A stretch of DNA of 64,000 bases. Origin: Heterodontus francisci. Its lineage: Eukaryota. The notes beneath the pieces were generated by a model, which was given only the letters and a program-made list of their open reading frames with translations, was not told the DNA's origin and searched no databases. The stretch is taken from the NCBI RefSeq assembly GCF_036365525.1, contig NC_090387.1:76817300-76881299 (forward strand). The letters run 5' to 3'. The position numbers and the translations under genes are program-made. Of this stretch, positions 49,617 through 59,600 are shown piece after piece. Every line of letters starts with the position of its first letter. The first letter of the stretch is position 1.

Positions 49617-52600
49617 GTATTTTCCACTGTTCGCTCTGGTTTTTTTTTGTTTCTCTCTTGCTCTCTCTCTCTCTCTCTCTCTCGCTAAATCTCTCCCAGT
49701 GCTTTTTATAACTATAACTAAATTTTGTTTTTTAGTTGCTGCCGATATTCTGGTTGAAGTGACCCAGGTCCCTGAAAATATCTATTCGATCGTTGGTACA
49801 GATATTGCATTCAATTGCATATTTCCTACTTTTCAAGATGATTCAGATGTGAATGTTTATTGGTGGAAACTTGGCGGAAAGGAATTGATACAACCAGGAT
49901 CAGACAGTAGGAAACGTTTTGTCAATGAGAAAGGAAGAGCCTCCTTTCAACTTTTGAATGTCAGTGTCCAGGACTCCGGAGTCTATCACTGTGGAGTAGC
50001 ACATCTAGGAAACAGAATCGCAAATGGAAGTGGATCACAACTTGTCGTCAGTGGTAAGAGATGTGTAAAGACCGGATCTGCTGTATAGACTCACCGTTAT
50101 TCAAAATAAATGATAAAAGTATAGCATTCCCTTCCCCTGTCTCTGGTACTGCTTTAACATTTGCATTGGCAATCAAATACTTCAATAGATTTTAGTTATG
50201 AAATAACGTGTGGCACTCTGGGCTGCTTTTCAACCATCTTAATTAATTTAATAATAATTATTTCTGCTCTTTCATTCATTGCACAGGAAGCGTTTTCATG
50301 CCATTTCGGTGCGAATAAAGAATGTGAAATAACTTGAAAGGTTTTCAGTACAAATAATATTTCGGACAGTTACAAAGTAAATTTTGATGACCATCTGCAG
50401 TAGAAAGATCATGCTAAAAGTGTTGTTATTAAGTCGAAAGTCTAATTTCAAGACGAATTCAAAAGTTACTCTACGTGATTATTTTTGAATGCCGTGTTAC
50501 TGCTCTTCTTGTAGAATGCCCATTTATGTAGCACATTTGGTGCCCCGAGGCGTTTTAGTAACAATTAAGTGTTTTTGAAATGTAGTCACCTTTTTAATGC
50601 AGGAGAACGTGACAGCCAATGTACACCCAGCAATGTCCTACAAATAGAAATGAGATAATGACCAGATAGTTAATGATAGTGTTTGGAGGATAAATATTTG
50701 CCAGGGCAATATACTTCGCCGAATAGTGCTGGGGGATCCCTTATGTTCACCTAAGAGGTCAGAAGGGGCCGAGAAATAATATCTCATCCAAAGGACGGCG
50801 CTTTTTTCCTACAGTATAGCACTCCCTCCTACTGCATTGAAGGGTCAGTTTTGATTTATGTACTCAAGTCTCGGATTAGACTTGGAACTCACAATATTCT
50901 TACTCGGAGGTAATGGTGCTGCCACTCAGCTACGGTTACCACTGTATGCTCGAAATCTGAGGGATCAGACTCTCAGATGCCTGGCTGTATTTCCTGTTAT
51001 TCAATCAGTAGCTTCATTCAGCTCTTGGCTGACTGACACAAGAATTTTATTTGTCTCAAACCCCTTCAAAAACGGATATACCATCGAGAAAGAATTTTAT
51101 GAATGTGTCCCTGAGTTGTGCAAACGCTATTCGCCCCAATTCTTACATTTCAGTGAGAAATGTCTCTCACATGCTAAAGTAACCCTTGAAATGAAGGTTT
51201 TGCCTTGATTTAAATCCTCGATTGCGATGTTATACGTTCCTTGTAAATCGTGTAAGCAGTGGGACTAAACCCCATGCTGGAAATTGAATTCCTTTCGTGG
51301 TTGTGATTAATTGAGAGAACTTGTCAGTCAAAAATGCTATGCCGTCCCTGCTTATTTCTCAGATTACAGTCAGTGATAAAACGGGTGCTGTATGTAGGAT
51401 TGCAACTCCCCTGCTTACTGTAGGTCGCGACACAGTATGAGCACATTCTGGAGGGTTCGTCAGGTCGCAAATGGAGGGCATAGAATGTGTTCACAAACAC
51501 AGCTCTTATTCACTACAGAAGACGACCGAATGCTTCATCCATGCTTATTCGATTCTTTTACCTAATGAGGTAATACAGGAGAGTCAGGTTTGGAGATTTT
51601 ACACAGGGAACAATATAAATGCACTGAGTTTTATCATCTGGAATGCACCATCTGAAAGGGTGTTGGAAGCAGATTCAGTAGCAACTTCAAAAGGACATTT
51701 GGTAAATGCTTGAAGGGAAACATTTGCAGAGCTGCACAGTGGCGCAGTGGTTAACACCGCAGCCTCACAGCTCCAGCGACCCGGGTTCAATTCTGGGTAC
51801 TGCCTGTATGGAGTTTGCAAGTTCTCCCTGTGTCTGCGTGGGTTTCCTCTGGGTGCTCCGGTTTTCTCCCACATGCCAAAAGACTTGCAGGTTGGTAGGT
51901 AAATTGGCCATTATAAATTGCCCCTAGTGTAGGTAGGTGGTAGGGAAATATAGGGACAGGTGGGGATGTGGTAGGAATATGGGATCAGTGTAGGATTAGT
52001 ATATATGGGTGGTTGATGGTCGGCACAGACTCGGTGGGCCGAAGGGCCTGTTTCAGTGCTGCATCTCTAAACTGAACTAAGCTCTATGGAATAACTTAAG
52101 ATGGGCAGAGTGGCATTCTTCTGTGCAGTACCGCTGTATGCTTCTATAATCTACAGTAATTAATACCGCAATGTTTTCACTTCATCATTAACAAACAAAT
52201 TGATAGCTCTGTTAGGCTGTTATAGCCCACCCGAAATCATACCTCTCGTTTGGGAAAGGCCGCCATAAAGGTCAATGCCATTCTAAGTTCCAGAATAGAC
52301 GAGATATTAACTTTCTACTTCGACCTTTTACCAGCTCCCCCAACTCCGGTGAGGATTGTTTCCCAGGCATCTGAGAGTAATGTATCCGGTGCTTTGGCTC
52401 TCGTGTGTGAAATGGCTTCATTCTACCCAGAGGCACTAACTATCACTTGGTACAAAAATAATGTAAACGTTGAGACTGGAATACACACCACGAAACAACT
52501 TAGCAGAGCCGGAATGTATGAAGCTTCCAGCTATTTTGAAGAGGCACAGTCTGTCCAGGGAGGAACTGTTTACGTCTGTCTGGTTTCTCACGCAACTCTC

Positions 52601-54080
52601 CAGGTACCAGCCATGGCAATTTACTTGGTTCCTAATTCTAAGCCAGGTAAGATGTCATTTTTCTTAGAAAAACGAACATGTGACAGGGTTAGATTTCTTC
52701 CTTTCGTTATTGAAAGGGAAAGTGTTAGAAATTCCATTATTGGCGGTCGTATGGGTTGGAACGAACGGAGCGTTGATGAAACAAAGCGACTGTGGGAGAA
52801 TTTTACATTCATATAAAGCAGAGAAACACAATATGCCTAGACATACCTAACAGAGAAAGCCTTCACTAAAATAAGTTACGATATAACCACACGTAGTGGC
52901 AAGGGTAAATATTACTTCAACCAATTGACTCCTTAAAACAAAAACAAAAAATCAAATTTTAGTATCATCAGTAGAACCTGCTCCTGGCCCGCAGTGTGAA
53001 AAAAGGATATCGAGGCCATGGATCGGTTAGCTAACAAGAGGCATAGAGTAAAAAAAGGCTGAAATGAGCGGTAGCGCAAAATGGGCGGTCACGAATCAGC
53101 AGCCGGTTTTTCATTTCTTCTGATTGTTTTTCCATTAGCCCGCTTTCCACCGGTCAGTAAATATAACTTAGCTCCCCGCAATCACTCAGCCCCCTCCCCT
53201 CCACCCCCCTCCCCCGCTCAAAACCGCTTCGTTTAGTTTTAAACAGCGTTAAATGAATTTCTATCAGCTTACCCTTTGATTTCCAATGCTAAACTATCAA
53301 GAAATTGTTCAATATCAGATTCTTTTTACGGCTCTGACTGTCGATGGCACACTCCACAATGCGCAGCTCCATATATTAAAGTTATATTTATCTTACAGGC
53401 GGTGACAGCACCTCGCCCTCCACTTATTTACGGATATTTGGATGTATAGGGTTTGCATTGGCGTTTTTGGTGCTGATGACCGTCATTAGAACGTCGTTCA
53501 GATTCGTTAACTGTAAAGGTAAGATGTCACCCGATCGTTTAATCACAACCAGCAGAGACGGCTAGTTGGTAGCGAGAAAGGATTGATCCACGATTTCACT
53601 TAAAGGCTAAAAGTATTGTGGGCGCTGGAATAGAGCTATGGTGATTGTTGAATTGTGAAATCGGACTGTGGTCCTGAAATGCAGCATTTATCTTAGATTG
53701 GAATGAGCAGAAATGTGGATTGTACTCCCTCCCACCGCATAACGATCCGAAAATCGTCTCCCTGGCTTACACTAGATTAAATTTAGGAGGCGATGAACAT
53801 ATCCCAAATTCTTTGCTCTGTCGTTTAGGAAGAAATGTCAGGTTGTTTTCCGTAGGGAGCAATTATGCACTCTTATTTGTTAATTAACGGCATAAACGCA
53901 AATTCGGAAATTTTGCGAACTTTCCCGACTTTTTTTCTCACTGTAAATTAACATTCATGGTACTTGGAATGTATGGTTCCATTCATGGAACCATATCGTG
54001 CATCATTGGCAATGACGTTTTCTTTTTCTTTTGTTTTAGTAAGCAGACAGAGAAAGGATGAAGCAAACAATTGTGACTAG
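49562..54080 (+). CDS. Gene B: paralogous IgSF receptor (leader-VJ-C1-TM with Arg-short tail), about 281 aa; coding exons 49562-49616, 49736-50053, 52335-52646, 53399-53518, 54040-54080
   Basis: GT-AG phase-1 introns; 55+318+312+120+41 = 846 nt ending in TAG at 54078-54080. C1 domain about 50% identical to gene A (hand count 51/104). Confidence 0.82.
49661..49683. repeat. (CT)n microsatellite in gene B intron 1
   Basis: Directly visible. Confidence 0.9.
49736..50053 (+). CDS. Gene B exon 2: V-set domain with J-like strand
   Basis: Motifs IAFNC, VYWWKL, DSGVYHC, NGSGSQLVVS; acceptor TTTTTAG, donor G|GTAAGA. Confidence 0.93.
50510..50933 (-). mobile_element. Old Deu-domain SINE (SacSINE1/AmnSINE-like) in gene B intron 2
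   Basis: Minus strand begins TAGCTGAGTGG (A box) ... GAGTTCCAAGTC (B box-like). The central region resembles the Deu domain from memory; not database-verified. Confidence 0.55.
51734..52080 (+). mobile_element. tRNA-derived SINE (HE1/V-SINE-like) in gene B intron 2
   Basis: A box TGGCGCAGTGG 51740-51750, B box GGTTCAATTCT 51784-51794; 3' end resembles CR1 tails. Confidence 0.92.
52335..52646 (+). CDS. Gene B exon 3: C1-set domain
   Basis: LVCEMASFYPEALTITWYKN ... VYVCLVSHATL; 312 bp, same length as in gene A; donor G|GTAAGA. Confidence 0.93.
53399..53518 (+). CDS. Gene B exon 4: stalk + TM with Arg (GGDSTSPSTYLRIFGCIGFALAFLVLMTVIRTSFRFVNCK)
   Basis: Acceptor TCTTACAG, donor AAG|GTAAGA; shares GC....LAFLV.M with the gene A TM. 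Confidence 0.88.
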
Positions 54081-54083
54081 TCT
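54040..54083 (+). CDS. Gene B exon 5: 44-bp cytoplasmic exon with in-frame stop (VSRQRKDEANNCD*)
   Basis: Long polypyrimidine tract + TAG acceptor, donor TCT|GTAAGT, same size as gene A exon 5; TAG at 54078-54080. Confidence 0.75.
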
Positions 54084-54275
54084 GTAAGTTTCTAACAGTT
54101 ATGCGATTGATATTTTAAGTGCAATGTGATAATTTTGTGCTGAGCTGAGAACATGTCAAATCTACTTCTGACTTATTTTACATGTTTGCTGTTTATGCAA
54201 CGTCGTATGCTTCCCTAGTTAACCACAATTAAACTGGGACATCAATCCTTTTCTGAATGAACTCCTCCCAAGTCA

Positions 54276-54487
54276 CAAAATGCTGGAAATACTCAGCAGG
54301 TCTGGCAGCATCTGTGGAGAGAGAAGCAGAGTTATCGTTTCAGGTCGTTAACTCTTGTTCATGTCGTTAACAACCTGAAACGTTAACTCTGCTTCTCTCT
54401 CCACATATGCTGCCAGACCTGCTGAGTATTTCCAGCATTTCTTGTTTTTATTTCAGATTTCCAGCATCCGCAGTATTTTGCTTTTAC
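54276..54487. repeat. Inverted pair of the Penelope-LTR-like repeat forming a long palindrome
   Basis: AAATGCTGGAAATACTCAGCAGGTCTGGCAGCAT... is mirrored by ...ATGCTGCCAGACCTGCTGAGTATTTCCAGCATTT. Confidence 0.8.
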
Positions 54488-55773
54488 TCCCAAGTCAAGG
54501 TTGGCGCAGAAATCCTACCGAAATCCTTTGCCCAGGCATTAAGTCCACTCAGTCCCCCCAGGTCCAGGAGTACAGTAATTTTTGACAATCCCAAAACTAC
54601 AGTTTAAAAACAGCCCCAATGTAGGCCGGTTCCATGGTAGCATCTTGTACCCGGTTATCAAGGGAGGGAATTTGAGGTAGGCTCCTCGCCGCAGGGTTCG
54701 GAGAACAGCAGCGAACAGGCTTTCCAGTCAGGTGAACGGTTTGATAACTTGTATCCAACCTTACTCTTAGGGTTCTGCTTTTTTGATGGAAGGCGTTTTT
54801 CGCCGGTCCAGTCTGAGGAGAGGAGAGGTCACAGCGAAAATCTAACACCCTCCTCATGCAGCATCCCTGCTTCTAGATATCGAAAACTTTTCGTATAGAA
54901 AATAGGCAGAAAAGCAGAAGCGCCCTCTTCCACCTAATTTCCATGAGTAGATTGGACTGCAGCTACTGCAGTCGTTCTATCCCAGAGCAAAGTAATGGGG
55001 GTTAGGCCAGGCGTAATTAGCCACTGTCCTTGTTTTCCTGACCAACGCACCTAAAGACAAAGCATTTCACTAGGGCAAAGTTCTGGAAAATGAACTTTAA
55101 ACGGAACGTTTGGATGGTTTATTCTTAAGACTTGATATACTTTTCTTCTGAGAGTATCGGGTCAGTTTCAGTTTGTCGCAGCCCTGCACCAGCAAGGAGT
55201 TTCTGCCCATCCCCCCAGGACGAGCTCCCAATTGAAATTAGAAAGCCAGCTTTGTGCCCTGCAAGAGAATTTTTAAAAGTTCGCACGGAACATTTGCTAG
55301 GGCCAAGCGCAATGAAAAAACAATACACCACCTTATCAGTTTACGTTTATTTTAATGCACCATGTAAGTCTGCCTTGCTGCACACAGAATGGGTTTTAGA
55401 TTTATGCTTCACGCTTTGGGTTCCGTCGGTGTCCTGAAGGCGGATGTACCGTTAATATTTCAGAGGTTTAGCGTGCTCCTGGATGTTAAATGCGAACTTT
55501 TATGTCGATGGTCACTTAAAACCACATCGCCTCGATGGAACTCGCAGTATTTCCCATATTATAACTGTACGTCAAAATGACTCAATGGCTGTTCATTTGG
55601 GCGAGCTGAGGTCGTGGAGGACGCTCTATAATATATATTTTTCTTCCTTTTTTTTATAAATACTGTTTGAAAATATTTTTCAGTGTTTGGAAATAATATT
55701 AGGTTCATAAGGCCTTACTAATACTTATGTCGCTACATTGATAACTGGGATAAAAGGTTTTAGTTTTGAGGAT

Positions 55774-56676
55774 TGTTACCACGGAGACGGGAGGAGTGTA
55801 CTGTTTTTCTCTAGTTCCACTTCTCCACGGGTCACAACATATATTTAAATGTCTACCCAGATACCGACATTGTCAATGACCCACACTATTCTATTTCAGA
55901 ATAAAATCCGCCAGCCAGGTTTCTTTAGACAAACAACAAAATTAATAATTTATTATAAAACAATACCTATTTGGTAAAGATGCAAAGCATTAACACATAG
56001 ATTGAAATATGAAAGTTCCCTTTTAAATTAGCCCAACACACACACGCGTCAGTTAAAGAAAATAGAAAGACGTTTTCTCTGGAGAGATCTCTTCACAAAA
56101 AAAAACAAAAAAAAAAACACTTTGGCCAAATACTTGTTAATGATGGAATGATATCAGTTGTCCCTTTATTCTGGCGTCCAAAATATGTGTCATAGGTATC
56201 TTTTTGGAGCAGTTCTATTCAGGCGACGTTGAGGATTAGTCTGGCAGGCTTTCCAGGAAAAATGTAGCATCAGGAGTTTCAGGTATCACACTGAATTGTC
56301 CGGGTTTCGCAGCGAGATGGGGAAAGGGTGCATTGGGAGCTTCTCCCAGGAGGTTGCAATCCCAACTGACTCAAAAAAAACTTCAAAACAAAACCAAGTC
56401 TTGACCACCATAAATCTTGACATGTCACTTCTCTGTAAACAATTTTCCTCGGTCACCAAGGTTTTTGCAGTTACTTAGCTGAAGAAATGTGACTTCCAGT
56501 AAGTGTGTTTTTAAAGCAAGTCCCAAAGTCCTTCCAGGGACCTATTTTTTTTAAAAACAAAAACAATGTTCAATATCTATGGAAATTCTTCAGTCCTCCA
56601 GATGAATACATTTTCACAATTCTAAAACACGAGTCCTCAAAAATTATTTTTAAAAACTTGAAGCCCTTTCCTAACA
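55774..56676 (-). mobile_element. Solo LTR with 4-bp TSD GGAT in the last intron of gene B
   Basis: TGTTA...TAACA termini; GGAT at 55770-55773 and 56677-56680. Confidence 0.85.
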
Positions 56677-57387
56677 GGATGGAGCAGAGAACCTTTTTTT
56701 TAAACGAACACAAGTAAGGTAAAAAAAAATTCTCATAGGTGTTCAAATTTTGAAACATTTTCGGAAAATAAATGGGGGAAATGCACTGACCATGAGACAG
56801 TATCTGGAGGGCGTAAATCTAACATCATGAACAAAAGAACCGAGTCATAGGAGAATATTTCTTAGCTGTTGGAACATGGAATCCCCTCCCAGAACAGGTG
56901 ACAGCATAATTATAAAAGATTTTACAAGAGGCGACAACTATTTCAAAACTAAAATAAGCAAGTGGATATGAGGAAAAGACAGGTGAATGGGACTAAATGG
57001 ATACCATGTTCGAAGAACAGGTATAGGCACCAGTATGTAGAATTCTACCACTCTAGCACGATATCAAACACGTGACTCGTGAAACCTTGGCTGTAACGAG
57101 CATTATATAGAGTATTTTGAGGACATTATTTTGATTATTTTGAAACTATGCGAGCAACCATTATGAATTTTGGGACACTCTATAGCCTTTTCTAAAAAAA
57201 ACAAAGCACTTACTGTAGGGGAATGGATGTTAAGATAATCATATTGCCTGAGGTAAGTAGCTGATCCAATAATATAAATATACAAACCCAAAGACTCTTC
57301 AAATATCATGATGACCATACTCTGTTTTATGATATATTCTGTGGATTAACGAAGTTGAGATAATTTTTCAAAACATTGTTTTTATAG

Positions 57388-57573
57388 ATCTTACAAGAAG
57401 CAGTTGATAACTCACAGTCTTACGCAGCCGTCGAACTGCTTAGTTCTTAGAAAAATTGAAAACCTAGAAGGAAAGAAAAAGGCACAGAATACGCAGAAAT
57501 AAAGACGGTAGATCAAAAGAGAAAAGTGCCGCTCGTCTACACAGAACCAAGTTTCAAATTATACCAATTCTAG
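57388..57573 (+). pseudogene. Gene B fossil terminal exon (former ITIM/ITSM tail, now predicted 3' UTR)
   Basis: Reads ILQEAVDNSQSYAAVELLSS*KN*KPRRKEKGTEYAEIKTVDQKRKVPLVYTEPSFKLYQF*. Aligns without gaps to gene A exon 6; internal stops at 57448-57450 and 57457-57459; acceptor conserved. Confidence 0.85.
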
Positions 57574-59600
57574 CTGTAGACGCCTTTTCCTTCTTTACAG
57601 TGGCCGGATCTATTTACGGGACATGGGATGTCCTCTGTTCTCGTCAACGTCGGTCCCTATTATCACCCATGCTAATTGCAGCCCAATATTACAACTAAAG
57701 CTTTACCGGTGGCCGGGATTTTGCTGTAGTAATGCGGTCAAAGCTGTCAATATTCCCTTTCATTACTTTACTGAAACTGACAACGACTTTGGTAGTCCGC
57801 ACATGCGCAGAAGAAAGCGGAAACCCAGAAGTTGGCATCAGCAGGTGCATGCTCCTGTTTAGGGCTGTAGAGGTCTCCACAGATTGCAATTTCCTTTGTA
57901 ATCAAGATTTGACGAAAACGTTCTCTTCCCGGCTGTTAGTCTGTCTGTAAAAGTCCTTGGGAACATTTCTACCTTGCTGGATTAGGGTTTTTAACAGCGT
58001 ACTAACTTCATCATTACTGCTAAGCACTGACTGGCCCTGAAAGGCAAATTTTATATCTGTGGATTCCGAAACTTCTCTATTGCGATAAAAATGCCACATA
58101 TTTCTTTTTTAAAGTTTGCTAATATTGATATTTTAGCTTCTTTCTAAATCCAACCGAAACATTTATCTCCCTATCTTAACATTTAAATGAAAAATGGTTT
58201 TAACTTCCTAATTTTCTGTGTGTGAAACTTCCATGTGATGGGCTGTTTAACTGCTTGCTGACATCACCACTGCTGCAGGCGAAACCATCTTCTTGATTTG
58301 GTGCCAGATTTAAACTGCCATCGGAAAAGGTGAAAACTACATAACAGAGATGGCTCGATCTATGTGGGCAACTTTCTTCGAGGTCAGTGGCGAGGGCCAT
58401 TGCTTCGCTGCTGATGGGAAAATCATATTGCGTCCTGCGATAACATATACCAAGGGCAAGTGGGTTCTTGATGTAGTCTTCATCACGCTTTGCATTTATG
58501 AATTTAATTTTACCCATGCAGAACTCATCTATCTCACACTTCCCAAATTATACAGTTTCAGATGTTTATTTCAAATAAACAAAAATAAATGATATTTGAG
58601 GAGAGGTTTAAAAGTTATGCTGTTGGTGGTCGTGTTCCAAAGGCTGTGTCAGCTATTGTCTGGCTACTGCGGCGTAATTCACTATAGGACTTATTGAAAA
58701 GCATCTCCTAGCTCCTCACCCTTTACGCGGGAGCCCGATGAGAGCAGCAACATCAAGTTCTGCTGCCAGTCACACTCCATTCTGTCTTGGTGATAAGTCG
58801 ACATTTTTTCGTTCGGTTTGGGTCAAAATCTTAACATTCCCTAGCTAACCATTCTCAAAAAGACAGTAACGTTTTAAAATGGTCTATCAACACTTTGTAC
58901 AGAGCAATTAGGAACGCAAAATGAATACAAACTTGCAGATGCCACCTACAGTCCGAGAATACATAAGGGAAGATATTTCCTTGTACAAAGACTGATCGGA
59001 AACATGGACTGAGGGTACTGAAGTGGAGGTAACACTCAGAAATAATTTCAGGGACAATTACTTTCTGTAATAGGTAAATGCGGGTTTTCAGGTGGCTGAT
59101 CTAGAACAGACCAAGTGGTATTTCAGATAAAGCTAAATGTTCAAAAGTTTTAGGTTTATCTGAAACTTATCTTCACCCCGGCTACACAACTGAAGGTATA
59201 AATAAAAACTAAAGATTATATTAAAGTTTACTGTTTATTATCTTGCATTTACACTTCAACTACCGATCTGAGAGCAGTAGATGTAGTATAAGATTATTAC
59301 GGATTAATTTACTAATAGTTGTTCGAATGATTCATTGACCATTATACCGTTGTAAGGATAGGACCCTGTCTTTGACAATGCGGTAATTTGAATAATTCTA
59401 AATTGAAACTGCATGTATGGACAGATCTTTCTGTCCATATAGGGTGATGGCCTTAGGGAAGCGCATGTCATTAATGAAAATTTAAACTTAAGAGCCAGAT
59501 TAGCAATTACTATTATCTGTACAGGATCAATAAACCAAGCTAATAACTATAACAAAAAGTAACTATCGATCAATGAGGATATATCTGCAAGATGTTGGCG

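Noticed and set aside
49987-49993. Perfect RSS heptamer (CACTGTG) at the conserved second Cys of the gene B V exon
   Set aside because: No nonamer at 12- or 23-bp spacing (GTCCAGGAC, TGAATGTCA). It is explained by the His-Cys-Gly codons, and gene A has CACTGCG.
51734-51800. tRNA genes at SINE heads
   Set aside because: A/B boxes run into SINE body and LINE-like tail in four near-identical copies; these are SINEs.
33115-54080. Germline-joined Ig light chain or TCR chain genes
   Set aside because: No WYxQ or FGxG motifs, no TCR-type TM with conserved Lys, and a multi-exon cytoplasmic tail with inhibitory-type motifs.
47458-56676. A single LTR element that captured gene B
   Set aside because: Each LTR has its own TSD (AATT versus GGAT), gene B keeps its introns, and its last exon lies outside the pair.
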